A DNA stretch of 64,000 nt, from the NCBI RefSeq assembly GCF_004020365.1, contig NZ_SAQR01000009.1; one strand, written 5' to 3'. The stretch comes from Mesorhizobium sp. Its GTDB lineage: Bacteria; Pseudomonadota; Alphaproteobacteria; Rhizobiales; Rhizobiaceae. Every line of letters starts with the position of its first letter. The first letter of the stretch is position 1. The position numbers and the translations under genes are program-made. The notes beneath the pieces were generated by a model. The model saw only the letters and a list, made by a program, of their open reading frames with translations, was not told where the DNA came from and did no database searches. Shown here piece after piece: positions 20,497 to 32,018 of this stretch.

Positions 20497-21501
20497 ATGC
20501 TGCGCATCTACACGGGCCAGAACGGCCATCTGACAGCAATTGACGGCTTGCCGGAGGCCGAAGCTCTCGGTGCTCTCTGGCTCGACCTCCTCAACCCGAC
20601 TGTTGAGGAAGTGAAGCTTGTTAAGGCGCATCTGGCCATTGATATCCCGACGCGCGACGAGATGGCGGAAATCGAGTTGTCGGACCGTCTTTATCATGAA
20701 GACGGCGCCGAGTTCATGACGATCACCGCGGTCGCGAATATCGAGGGCGAGGACCCTGTCAAAGCGCCGGTTACCTTCGTTATCAAGGGCCAGACGCTCG
20801 TCACTGTCCGCCACGCCGAACCGAAGCCGTTCTTGATCTATGCGGCGAAAGCACAGCGTACTAGCGGCCCTCCCTGCACGTCCGGCGAATTGGTGATGCT
20901 GGGTCTGATCGAAGCGATCATCGACCGCGCGGCCGACACGCTTGAGCGCATCGGCGACGAGATTGATGCACTCTCACGCGAAATTTTTCGCAACACGTCT
21001 CCGAGCGCCTCGAAGAAAACACGCAACCTTCAATCCCTTGTCGAGCGAATCGGCCGGAAGGGTGAGCTGCTGACGAAAATTCAGGAGAGTCTCGTGAGCA
21101 TCGCGCGGCTCGTCGCCTACCATAGCGCGAGTGACTCGACCAGCTGGGCAGTCGCGTCGTCCGGTCGCAAGTTGCAGAAGGAAATCCGGCAACGTATCAA
21201 GCTCGTCCAGCGCGATGCCACGTTCCTCAGCGACCATGCGACCTTCCTGTCCAACAAGATCAACTTCCTGCTGGACGCGACGCTGGGTCTCATCAATCTG
21301 GAGCAGAACCAGATCATCAAGATTTTCTCGGTCGCTGCCGTCGTGTTTTTGCCGCCGACGCTGGTTGCCTCGATCTACGGCATGAACTTCGATGCCATGC
21401 CCGAGCTAAAATGGCTTCTGGGCTATCCTTTTGCGCTGGGTCTGATGGTGCTCTCCGCCGTGGTTCCGTATCTCTTTTTCAAGCGGCGCGGTTGGCTGTG
21501 A
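20497..21501 (+). CDS. corA: CorA-family Mg2+/Co2+ transporter
   Basis: [13 protein letters not shown] signature between two C-terminal TM helices. Confidence 0.92.
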   Translation: MLRIYTGQNGHLTAIDGLPEAEALGALWLDLLNPTVEEVKLVKAHLAIDIPTRDEMAEIELSDRLYHEDGAEFMTITAVANIEGEDPVKAPVTFVIKGQTLVTVRHAEPKPFLIYAAKAQRTSGPPCTSGELVMLGLIEAIIDRAADTLERIGDEIDALSREIFRNTSPSASKKTRNLQSLVERIGRKGELLTKIQESLVSIARLVAYHSASDSTSWAVASSGRKLQKEIRQRIKLVQRDATFLSDHATFLSNKINFLLDATLGLINLEQNQIIKIFSVAAVVFLPPTLVASIYGMNFDAMPELKWLLGYPFALGLMVLSAVVPYLFFKRRGWL

Positions 21502-21559
21502 AAGGAAATAGGCTGGTTCGGGGCGCTTACTGAAAGTCCCACTTCCCGGAGCGGTCGCG

Positions 21560-21922
21560 CAGCTCAGCGAATTCGACATCTTGACTATCGCACGACACGT
21601 TGGCCTCGAGGTTGAGCAGCTCAAGCGGGACATGGAAGACCGCGCCATCGAAAACGTCCTCGAGCGCAATTGCGCGCTCGCCAAGGAGCTGTACATCAAC
21701 GTCACGCCGGCGTTGGTTCTCGGCGACGAAGTGATTTCAGGTGTGCTCAAGATTCACACGCTGGAACGCTTCATCGCCAAAGAGCGGGAAGAAGCTAAGC
21801 GTCGTGCCGGATCACCAACTTCGGCATTTTGACAGCGTGGCGGCCGGTGCGATCCCGTTCTCTGGCCACGAGTGCCGCCTCTCGCGTCGGGCCAAATCTC
21901 TTATATGGCCCGGCAACGCGGT
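21560..21922 (+). repeat. ~360-bp direct repeat, copy 2 (orphan dsbA 3' end, stop at 21832)
   Basis: Near-identical to 8540-8901. Confidence 0.95.
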
Positions 21923-22121
21923 AGTGGGCGGACCAAGCCGTTCTATGCAGCGCACCAGACAAAGGGCAATGACCAAAGCCGTCCCGGACATCGCATCGGA
22001 GTTCAACGTCTTTGCACCAATGCCCAGCAATGGTCGCCGCGACAAACAACGCCTGCAAACGGGCGCTGTGAGCCGCCGTCGTTCAACGAAAGATCACCAA
22101 CGGAGGTCCCGAGGAGGCCCC

Positions 22122-23038
22122 ATGAATCGCTGCACATCAGCATTTGCAATTCTTGCTTTCGGCACGTTCTGCACATCGTCGACCATCGCCATGGCGGCGC
22201 ATTCGACCACCTATTCAGCGCCCGACAAGAGCGTCGTGTTTCTTGGTGGCGTTGGCTACACCTGGCTAAAGGGCAACGAGCTTTTCTACGACGAAGTGGG
22301 CAATCGTATCAGCAAATTGATCTGGGAAACCGGCGCGCCGGTTCTGACCACCGGGCTAAAGGCCGAGGTCTGGAAGAACTGGACCATCTCAGCCAACGGC
22401 GTATTGCCGGACAGGATTGGTCGGATCAGTCAATCCACCCCGACACCCGCCTTGACCGCTACATCAACCTTGACATGGCAGCAGGCCCAGACTTCGTGAT
22501 CAACGATGCCACGGTTATCAACCTTCATGGTGGCTTCAAATACACCAACATGAAGTGGAAGGCCTATGGCGGTTCGTACATATAGAGTGGGGACGGCTTC
22601 GGCTTTCGCGAGGATCGCGGCAAGTTCCCGGACGGCGAACCGGTCATCGATTACGAACAGCGCTATTTCGGCCTGTTCCTTGGCGCGAAAGCGACCACGA
22701 CGCTCGGGAACTTGACGCTCTCGGGTCTGCTCCGCAGCGGCTTCACCGTTGATGCAAGCGCTGTTGACCATCACTGGCTGCGCGAGGAGGGGCGCGGCCT
22801 GCGATTTGAGGACGACTTCTTCACGGTGCCGTTCATCTCGGCCGGCGCCAAGATCGATTATCAGATGACCGACCGCGCCAGCGTCTTCCTGGCCGGCAAT
22901 GTCGACAAATATTTTCGCAACAAAGGCTAGAAAACGGCCTACAGCATCGCGACCGGCGAACAAGGAACCCACAAGGATAGCGCTGGCATGGACTTCTATG
23001 CCTTGACCCTGTCGGCCGGCTTCAAGCTGACGTTTTAA
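22122..23038 (+). pseudogene. Omptin-family outer-membrane protease pseudogene
   Basis: Signal peptide, then ELFY...RISKLIW, HPDTRL, GGFKYTNMKWKAYGGSYI and a terminal LSAGFKLTF*. Frameshift, internal deletion and premature TAG codons. Confidence 0.75.
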
Positions 23039-24235
23039 GCGCAGTCATTTCTGACGCTGAGCACGTAAGACCATGCGTGCATTAAGGACGCACAATGCCT
23101 CTGCGCGCAATCCATTCAATCGCGGATATCCAAGCGGCGCCGACGTCGGCCAGAATCTCAGGATTGTCCGGGCGGTCCGCCAGGCCTGGTATGGCCGGCG
23201 TGGAGGTGTTGTCCGCCGGTCATCCCGTCGATTTTAAGGTCCCGACGGCCGTCTGGCACCGGTGCGCGAGCCGCCAGAAAAGCGTGGCCTTCCGCGCGAT
23301 CCCGAAGCCACAAACCGTGAGAACCCGTGCGACACCGCCGCATCACGTCGTGTCGTGCATCGATGCCAAGCGGCTCGGCGTTGAGCTCGCCGCACGCCAG
23401 AATAAACTTGGCGCTCCTCAAGATTGCAGAGTCAGGCTAGTGGGTTGCGTCCCGCGGCGTCGTCTCCCAGCGTCAACCGGATCGTCTCGGCAATCTCCTC
23501 ATCGGGCGCGCCGGGACGCGGTTCATCGTAAAGGCTATCGAGCCGCTGTTCGGCAAAGCGCCGACGCAATGTGCCCACTGTATTGGGCGTTGCACCAAGG
23601 CGTAAGGCAATTTCCTTGTTCTACATCCTCTCGCTGGCCAGCAGCACTATCCGCGCCCGTCGCGGCAGGCCTTGCGCGGTGCCTCGACGCCGGACCAGAC
23701 CCTCCAGTTCACTCGGCTCTGCTGCGGAGCCAGCGCCTTGAGCAGCGGCCAACCTGGACTCGTCCCGTCCTCGAAAAGCAAATTGTTACGCAGATGCTTG
23801 TCCACCCTGACCCGAGCCATCCTCCTGCACGCTTTCGCCGTTGCGCGCGACGAAGACCGCAACGCTTCATCGCGCTTGGCGTAGTGGCACCAGGGACCGC
23901 CCATCGAATGACTCATGCGAGGCATCTCAAGGCTGTCCGCGGTCCAGCGCCAGATCTCCGCCTCGCCCGAGGCGCGCAGAGCTGGCCGGTTGTGCAGGAG
24001 CCGTAGGCAATATTCGCCGTCCTTGTTCGGATGGGTAACGCTTGCGTCTCCCGTCGCATTCTACCTCGCTTTCCGAACGTAGCCGTGATGCGAACTCTTG
24101 CTGCATATAAAGTCGAATCAGGGGGATTTGGATCATACGATACGGAGGCTTGACTTTGGCAGTCGCTCTGCGACATTACCTATATAAAGGTCGAGATGAG
24201 CTGATATGGCTCATGGATAGGTCACGGAGACCCGA

Positions 24236-24574
24236 ATGACGGCAACGCATAAACGCACCTATTCGCGCTACGCAATGGAAGCGCTTGGCCTTTTCGGTAA
24301 GACCATCCGGCTGGGCCGGATGCAGCACCGGTTAACCGCACAGGAGTTAGCCGAGAGAATCGGTGTTTCACGCAGCACCCTGCAGCGCATCGAGAAGGGC
24401 GATCCCAAAGTTGAAATCGGACTGATGTTCGAAGCTGCTGCCATTGTCGGTGTGAAGCTGTTCGATGCGGACGGCAAGGGCATCACAGCCCTCACAGGCC
24501 GCATGGACGATCGCATCGCGCTGCTGCCGAAGCACGTCTACAAGGCCGGCAAGCAGATCGTCGATGAGTTCTAA
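24236..24574 (+). CDS. XRE-family HTH antitoxin (HipB-like)
   Basis: LTAQELAERIGVSRSTLQRIEKG helix-turn-helix; overlaps the start of the toxin gene. Confidence 0.85.
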   Translation: MTATHKRTYSRYAMEALGLFGKTIRLGRMQHRLTAQELAERIGVSRSTLQRIEKGDPKVEIGLMFEAAAIVGVKLFDADGKGITALTGRMDDRIALLPKHVYKAGKQIVDEF

Positions 24575-25880
24575 GGTCCCCAAGTACGACGAAGCCTATG
24601 TCTGGGTCTGGCTGCCGGGCGAGACCGCGCCGGTTGTCGCCGGGCGGCTATATGCCTATGACGGACTCGTCAGCTTCAACTATGGCAGGAGCTTTCGTGA
24701 ACTGGGCAGCGCGATCCCGCTTTATCTCCCGGAACTGCCCCTGAAGGCAGGCGAATTGCCTTTGCTTCCTGGCCTAACCATGCCGGGATGCATCCGCGAT
24801 GCTGCCCCCGATGCCTGGGGACGACGGGTTATCCTAAACCGCAAATTCGGTGTGAAGGGCGATGAAATCGCGCGGCTCGATATTTCAGAACTGACGTTCC
24901 TGCTGGAATCAGGCTCGGACCGCATCGGCGCGCTCGATTTTCAGTTTTCGCCCACGAATTACGAGCCGCGCGCACTGGCCAATGCCACTCTCGAAGAGCT
25001 TGTCCAATCGGCGGAGCGGGTAGAGAAAGGTATTCCGCTCACCCCCGAATTAGATCAGGCGCTGCATCACGGCAGCTCGATCGGCGGCGCAAGGCCAAAG
25101 GCGCTGATCGAGGATGACGCCATCAAGCATGTCGCAAAATTTTCCTCGTCTGCCGACCTTTACAGCGTCGTCAAAGGAGAATTCATAGCCATGCGGCTTG
25201 CCGCCTTCTGCGGCATCAGAGCGGCATCCGTCTCGCTCGTTCGCGCCGCAGGCAAGGACGTGTTGCTCGTCGAGCGATTCGACCGGATCAAGGTCACGGG
25301 CGGCTGGCAACGCAAATCCATGGTCTCAGCGCTGACGATGCTCGCGCTCGATGAGATGATGGCGCGTTACGCCAGCTACCAGGATTTGGCGGAGATCATT
25401 CGCCACCGATTCACCGCGCCGTCGGAAACTCTGCGCGAGTTGTTCAGCCGCATTGTCTTCAACATACTTTGCGGCAACACCGACGATCATGCCCGCAACC
25501 ATGCGGCATTCTGGGACGGGGCTAAGCTCACCCTCACGCCTGCTTACGATATTTGTCCGCAGGCCCGCAGTGGCCAGGAGGCCAGCCAGGCCATGCTCAT
25601 CAGCGGCAATAACCGCATGAGCCGGATCGCGTCCTGCCTTGAAGCCGCGCATCACTTCCTGCTCAGCGCGCCGGAAGCTCTTGCGATTGTTGAAGGCCAG
25701 CTCCGATGCATTGCGAAGAATTGGCCGCGTGTCAGCGAGGAAGCTACGCTATCCGGCACAGATCGCAATCTGTTCTGGGGCCGACAGTTCCTCAATCCCT
25801 ACGCTTTTACGGCGCTGGAAGGGAGCGCCGACGTTCTCCGCGCTCTGGCTGACGAACTACGCAACAGTGTTCACGCCTGA
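24564..25880 (+). CDS. hipA: HipA-family toxin
   Basis: SIGGARPKA, VERFDR, GNTDDHARN and LTPAYD motifs. ATG 24564 lies inside the antitoxin end. Confidence 0.88.
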   Translation: MSSKVPKYDEAYVWVWLPGETAPVVAGRLYAYDGLVSFNYGRSFRELGSAIPLYLPELPLKAGELPLLPGLTMPGCIRDAAPDAWGRRVILNRKFGVKGDEIARLDISELTFLLESGSDRIGALDFQFSPTNYEPRALANATLEELVQSAERVEKGIPLTPELDQALHHGSSIGGARPKALIEDDAIKHVAKFSSSADLYSVVKGEFIAMRLAAFCGIRAASVSLVRAAGKDVLLVERFDRIKVTGGWQRKSMVSALTMLALDEMMARYASYQDLAEIIRHRFTAPSETLRELFSRIVFNILCGNTDDHARNHAAFWDGAKLTLTPAYDICPQARSGQEASQAMLISGNNRMSRIASCLEAAHHFLLSAPEALAIVEGQLRCIAKNWPRVSEEATLSGTDRNLFWGRQFLNPYAFTALEGSADVLRALADELRNSVHA

Positions 25881-26221
25881 TCCGGCGCTGGATTTCGGAC
25901 AAGCTCGGCAAGCGCAAGACGCCCACAATATGGACAATCCTTGCCGTGCCAGCACGAAGTCATGAACACACGGCTCTTCGACAGCGACAACGTGCACTGC
26001 GGAGAGATGTGGAGCTGACACCGCAAGAGCCCACAGACGCGCGACTTCCCACGATACAACTCCACATAACTGAGCGTCTACAAGCGCTGCAGCCAGCGTA
26101 ACATCCCGCCATCATAGCGATGATTGTCTGATCTTTTGCCGATGACATCACGTCGGGAAAGACTTGTTCGAGCGCTTGCCGCTTCATATCGATACCGGCC
26201 CGGGCGTAGCGCACGTTACGT

Positions 26222-26800
26222 TCAGCCCCGAGTGGCTAGCCATTGACTGATGGTGGCGATGTCAACACCCGCCTTGACAATGTGGATGGCCGTCGTGTGC
26301 CGCAAAGAGCGGTGATGGATGCTTTTTTCCGCCAGGGTGGTTCCTTCCCCCGCAGCCATATCAACATGTTTGCGCAGCAAGTATCGAACACCGAACCGGG
26401 TCAGCGGTGTGCCCCGGTCGTTGAGAAAGCCCCTTTGCTCGGCGGGACAGGGCGATACCAGACGAAGGTCACAAATTCGAAGATTCAGGATTTCCTGAAC
26501 TCGTGCATCCGTATTGAACATCAGCGAGAACAGCGCGTAATCCCGCTGTCCAGAAGGCGTGCGGCGGTCGATACGCGCCAGGACGCTCTTGATTTCCGGG
26601 CTCTTCGAGATATTCGACCGTGCCACCCGCGCGCCCTCTTGAAGGGAAGTATCACCACCAGTTGCAGCGTGTCCATATATTCGGGGTGCTCCGAGATCAG
26701 GAACCGCGCAAAGGTATGCATCGCCGCCAGCCTTGCATTGCGGGTCGCAACTGCCACGCTCGACCTCAAGTGACGTGAGAAAGCTGCCGATCCTGTCGGT
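26222..26800 (-). pseudogene. Tyrosine recombinase remnant (resembles recombinase-in-trio integrases)
   Basis: MFNTDARVQEIL (box I, G-to-D change) and SLRHTTAIHIVKAGVDIATISQWL (box II), with internal deletions. Confidence 0.75.
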
Positions 26801-26980
26801 ATTGATGTCGGAGACCGCTTCTTTCAAGAATATCTTCCCGCTCTCCGCGGCATGAGCCCGTGGAATGCTTCGGCCCAATGCGGTGGATTGATGTTTCTTC
26901 ATGCCACAACCTCGCTGACCAGACCGCCGAAAGCCCCTTCAAAGCGGTCGGTGGCGATCTCTCTCAGCTTTGGAAGGTAG

Positions 26981-28900
26981 TGCATTGATTTTTCGTGGAA
27001 TGAGGACCCTGTTTAAGGGTTGATTTTCGTCCAAACGGGACCCCTTAACGATGGGGTCATCAAGATGCCTCCGGTTTGATCGGAGGCATTTGTGTTTTGG
27101 ACGTTGGTTTTGGAGACGATTGCAAAGATACGTCGGCTGTCGCTGGTCCAGGGGAAGTCGAGCAAGGCGAGCTGAAGATCTCGCGCAAGGTGGTGCGCAA
27201 GGTCCTGCGTTCTGAGGAGACGGAGTTCCGCTACGAGCGCAAGCACCAGCCCTATCCCCGCATGGGAGCCTGGCGTGAGACGCTGGACCGGCTGCTGTCG
27301 GCGAATGCGGCCAAGCCGCAGCGGGAGCGGCTGACGCTGATCCGTATTTTCGAGGAGCTTCGCGGCCTCGGCTATGACGGCAGCTACAGTTCGGGGTGGC
27401 GGCATGCTCAGAGCTGGGCGGCGGATCGCGGCAGCGCCGTGGCCGAGGCCTACATTCCGCTGAGTTTTGCACCTGGCAAGGCCTACCAGTTCGACTGGAG
27501 TCACCGAGATCGTCCTGCTCGACGGCGTGACGGTGACAGTGAAGGTCGCGCACATGCGGCTCTGCCACAGCCGCATGTTCTTCGTGAGGGCCTATCCGCG
27601 CGAGACGCAGGAGATGGTGTTCGACGCGCATGACCGGGCGTTCGCCTTCTTCCGTGGCGCCTGCACGCGCGGCATCTACGACAACATGAAGACGGCGGTG
27701 GACGCGATCTTCATCGGCAGGGATCGCCGCTACAACCGCCGCTTTGCGCAGATGTGCGGGCATTACCTTGTCGAGCCGGAGGCCTGCACACCGGCGGCCG
27801 GCTGGGAGAAGGGGCAGGTCGAGAACCAGGTCGGGCTGGTGCGCGAGCGCTTCTTCACACCGAGGCTGCGCTTCAAGACGTTGGAGGATCTCAACGGCTG
27901 GCTGGCCGACAAAGGCGTTGCCTAATGCCAAGGCGCGTCGGCATCCCGAACAGGGTGAGCGCACGATCTGGGACGTACTCGAAGAAGAACGCGCCAGCTT
28001 CATTCCCTATGCCGGTCGCTTCGACGGCTACCATTGCATTCCCGCGTCGGTGTCGAAGACCTGCACGCTGCGCTTCGACAACAACAAATACTCGGTGCTG
28101 TCGAGCGCCGTCGGTCGGCCGGTCGAGATCCATGCTTATGCCGACCGCATCGTCATCCGCCAGGATGGCGCGGTCGTCGGCGAGCACGCACGCACTTTCG
28201 GCCGCAACGAGGTCGCCTACGATCCCTGGCACTACGTGCCGGTGCTGGCCCGCAAACCGAACGGCCTGCGCAACGGCGCGCCTTTCCGGGAATGGGTTCT
28301 GCCATCAGCCATGGAGAAGGTGCGCCGCAAGCTAGGGGCGGCCGATGACGGCGACCGGCAGATGGTGTCGATCCTCACCTGCGTTCTGACCGACGGATTG
28401 AGCGCGGTCGAGAGCGCCTGCCAGGAAGCGCTCGAGCATGGCGTCTGTTCGGCGGCGGTGATCCTCAACATCCTGGCCCGCAGCCGCGATCCGGCGCCGG
28501 GCACGATCCTTTCCATTCCCCAGGCGCTGAAGCTAGCTCACGAGCCGGTCGCCGACTGCGCCAGCTATGACAGTCTCAGGAGGACAAACAGCCATGGAAC
28601 GCACCGAGGTACTGGAACTGATGGGAGCGCTGAAGCTCTACGGAATGCGCAGCGCCTATGACGAGATCATGGGCGTCGCCATCAAGCGACAGCACGAGCC
28701 GCCCAGGATTGTCGGTGATCTCTTGCAGGCCGAGATATCGGAGAAGCAGGCCCGCTCCATCAAATACAAGCTCGCCGTCGCTAAGTTGCCGCTGGCCAAG
28801 GACATCGACGACTTCGACTTCGCCGACACGCCGGTCAACGAACCCCTGATGCGCGATCTCGCCCGGCGGCGCCTTCGTCGCCGATCAGCGCACCATCGTC
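26981..28900 (+). mobile_element. IS21-family element: frameshifted istA (about 27090-28610) and truncated istB (from about 28594)
   Basis: YQFDWS, IYDNMKTAV, WEKGQVENQV and FDNNKYSV transposase motifs; IstB N-terminus AKLPLAKDIDDFDF. The left end starts TG and carries tandem TTGATTTT...GGACCC repeats. Confidence 0.9.
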
Positions 28901-29101
28901 CTGGTCGGCCGCCTTCACGAGTCACCCAACTCGCGCGGAAGGTCGACCGCATTGCGACGGGCGCGTGTCGACTTCCCAACCATGTCAGACAGGAGACACA
29001 ACGCTATCGGAGCGATCGCATGCTTTGTAATGAATTTCCCAGTTGGCACGACGGTTGCGGTCCTATGGGCAAAAGCAAACTAGACCTGAGAGCCGCACCG
29101 C

Positions 29102-29728
29102 ATGAATGTAGCCTATCTCCCGTTTGTGGCGCACCACGAAGCCGGGCACGCGGTGGCCGCCATCGTTTTGCAGCGTCAGGTGTTCGACGACGACCGTGAA
29201 TTCCCTGCTTTCTCAAGTGTTAGTATTTACCCCGACCCCGGTGACGGAGATTACCTTGGTGTTGTCATGAGCAAGGGTTTTTATTCAGCGCAAGGATTCA
29301 CCTCGAAGCGAAAGCCGATTTTCGAGGACGATATGGATCGATATTTGGAACGCGATGGTGCGATCCGGGAGATAGTTACGTGTCTGGCAGGTCCTTTTGC
29401 AGGATCCGCATTCGAAGGCTATCTGGACCCGCGCGATATGGCGATGAATGCGTCCGACGCGAATGAGGGGAGCAGCGACTACGCGGATGCCAAGCGAATC
29501 TATGGTGAGTTGCGGTTCCTGATGCCGCGCCGCCCCGGTTGGAGGCGGATCGAAGATCGCACGGCCCGGCTAGTACTCGATCACTGGTCGGCCATCGAAG
29601 CATTGGCCGCGCATTTGCTGGTCAAGCATGATCTCCAATTCGATGAGGCTCTGACGATTGTTGCGCCGCATCTTCCGCCCATGCCAGCAGCTACGCCGCC
29701 AGAGCGTCCATTTCCGCAGCCTGCTTGA
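29102..29728 (+). CDS. Stand-alone HExxH zinc-metalloprotease-like protein (FtsH/M41 protease-domain-like)
   Basis: VAHHEAGHAVAA; IVTCLAGPFA resembles the FtsH LAGRAAE helix; SSDYADA. No AAA or TM domain. Confidence 0.6.
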   Translation: MNVAYLPFVAHHEAGHAVAAIVLQRQVFDDDREFPAFSSVSIYPDPGDGDYLGVVMSKGFYSAQGFTSKRKPIFEDDMDRYLERDGAIREIVTCLAGPFAGSAFEGYLDPRDMAMNASDANEGSSDYADAKRIYGELRFLMPRRPGWRRIEDRTARLVLDHWSAIEALAAHLLVKHDLQFDEALTIVAPHLPPMPAATPPERPFPQPA

Positions 29729-29742
29729 TCAGCCATTCGATG

Positions 29743-30760
29743 TGATTTGACTACATCTGCAACACCTCGCGCTTCTCCTTGACGTAGGTATAGAGATTGT
29801 AGATTTCGCCTATGTCTGTCAGGGACGCCGCCTTGTGATTCAGTATGTGCTCGATGACGTGTGGCAATACCTGCCGCCTGCCGAGATTTGTCGCGAGCGT
29901 CCTGCGCAGATCGTGAAGGTCCAGTCCTCCAAAGCCACCCCGTCAATATTGACCTTGCCGTCTAGAGCCTTCTTGCCCTTCGCGTAGCCTGAGAAGTGGC
30001 TTTTTTCGTTGCCCCTCGCAGGGAAAACAAACGTGTCATTGGTCTTCGGTACCGACTGGGGGACCGACACCGCCAGTGTGGACAGCGGAATAAGCGTAGG
30101 CTCTTCGTTCTTCGTGCGGTCACCCGATAGTTCCCATGTTCCGGCTTCAAGGTTGAGTTCAGACCAACGCATCGCGGCAACTTCCGTACGCCTCTGTCCG
30201 GCCAGCATGAGCAGCTTGACGATGGAGCCGAACGAATAGCCGATATCGCCCGATTCGGGCTCACAGCCCGTCCATATAGCCGCCAGTTCGGCATCGTTCA
30301 CCACTCGCTTGCGCTTGACGATCGGGGCCGGATTTTCCAATCCCTCGGGGAAACCGCGATGAGCCGTTGCGGCGGTTTGCGACACCAGTTGAAAAATGCC
30401 GGCATATACCAGAAGGCCGTGTTAGCCGCTTGCGGGTGACCCCCGGCGACGATCTTCTTGGTGATGTTAGCAATGTCGGTGTCGGTCACATGGTGGATAG
30501 AGCGACTCCCGAGGGCAGGCACAAGATACCGGTTCAGGCTGGCCTCGACCAGTTCCCAGGAATCCCATTCTGCCTTGCCGGTCTTTGCAAAGCCCGCTCC
30601 CTTGCATTCGCGCCGATCGGCCGACCCCGTTCGAGGAAGGGCGTGATCTGGTCGGCGGCATGCAGAATCCGGGTGGCGCGGCTGGTCCGGTCGGACGCGG
30701 TCTGATCGAGGAAGCCAGCCGGAATGCCGGCGGCTCGTGCGGGAAGGGCGTTCATGAGAA
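29743..30760 (-). pseudogene. Phage/IME-type tyrosine integrase pseudogene
   Basis: LMLAGQRRTEVAAMRWSEL and RTKN, followed after a frameshift by HDLRRT...HVIEHILNH. Confidence 0.85.
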
Positions 30761-31017
30761 GGTCCTGTCGGGCAAGCTGTTTGGGGGCACGATCACCATA
30801 GTTGATCAGGCTCCCGAGTGGGGCATTCTCGTAAATGTCGCTTGCGGACGTATGTTTGCTCTTTGTCCAGAAACAGAAAAGGCCCGATGGGACGGCCGGC
30901 CCAGGGCGGTGTTTTGAGGGTCGTTACTTGGCGGCCTGGAGGTGATCGCCGTCGCCGTCCTCGGTATCGTCAGCGCTGATCTGCGCCTGATCGGCAAGGA
31001 AGGCTGGCAGTTCCGAT

Positions 31018-31596
31018 GGAGCTATGCTGGAATTTGGGTGACGAGGCTGATCAAGCGGCGCTCTGCGGCTTCGTTTCGATGACCTCGATTCCGTCCAGGA
31101 ACCTGGCACCTGCGATGAGTTTCGGCAACTGATTTTGTCCTTTCAATCGTCGCCACGTCCTGGCCGCGGCCATGACCAGCTTGAAGACCATCAGCTGGGC
31201 GGTTGTCGAGGATAGCGAGCCCTTGGTACGCACCGTGCGGTGGCGAACGGTCGCAAAGACGCTTTCGATGGGATTGGACCTTCGCAGATGATCCCAGTGT
31301 TCGGCGGGGAAATCGTAGAACGCCAGCGACGCATTCTGATCCTTCGTCAGGCAGTCGACCGCCTTAGCATACGCCTCGGCTTCCATCTCGATCGCCTGCG
31401 CAAGCAATTTGCGCGCGCCGCTGCGAAGTACATCCGTCAGGGTATCACCGATTTCGTCGGGCTGACGAAGGCGAACAATGTTGATAGTCTCGTTCATGGC
31501 GTATCGCTCTCCTTGAGAGGTTCTGGCAGGCTTCATCACCCGCCTCGATACGCCGCTCTCCTCAAACCGTCATCACCCAGTTTCCGCCATAGCTCC
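31018..31596 (-). mobile_element. Internally deleted IS256-family derivative (579 bp) with both IRs
   Basis: IRs GGAGCTATGCTGGAATTTGGGTGA and GGAGCTATGGCGGAAACTGGGTGA. ORF 31051-31497 joins transposase N- and C-termini (RRSNPIESVFATVR) in frame. Confidence 0.85.
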
Positions 31597-32018
31597 CCCC
31601 TGATTGGTCCGCTTCACCTGTGCAACTGCACAGGCTGCCATAGCGGGGAGATTGGCCTCCAATGGCGAAAACTTGCCGCAGGAGACCCTCCGATGACCGT
31701 GCCTATGGCGCCGCCGCTACGACAACTTGCCGACAAGCAGCGTGCGATCCACTGCCGCGCTACTGCGCCTTCAAGGGACGTCTGGATCGCGACGCAGGAG
31801 CCGATGACCGTTAAGGAATCAATTCCCTTGGCGTGCTCAGGTCGCGCTGGCCGTCGCTGTGCCCGTTCGACGGTCTGGTGGCAATTTGGGCACATCTTGT
31901 GTCGTCGCCAGTGCCAATGCCGCACGCTTCAACAAAAAGGTGCCTTCGACGTCTGCTGCCTTCGCCGGTGCTTTGCGAAGTGGCATAATGTTTCGACGCA
32001 CGCAGGCGCGGGCAGGGG

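Noticed and set aside
23095-24006. 303-aa plus-strand ORF
   Set aside because: Arg/Pro/Ala-rich with no recognisable domain and spanning a mosaic of remnants; likely spurious.
31960-31980. Inverted repeat CTTCGC-N9-GCGAAG upstream of the fseA-like gene
   Set aside because: Only 6-bp arms, and it does not match a tra box or any site I can state with confidence.
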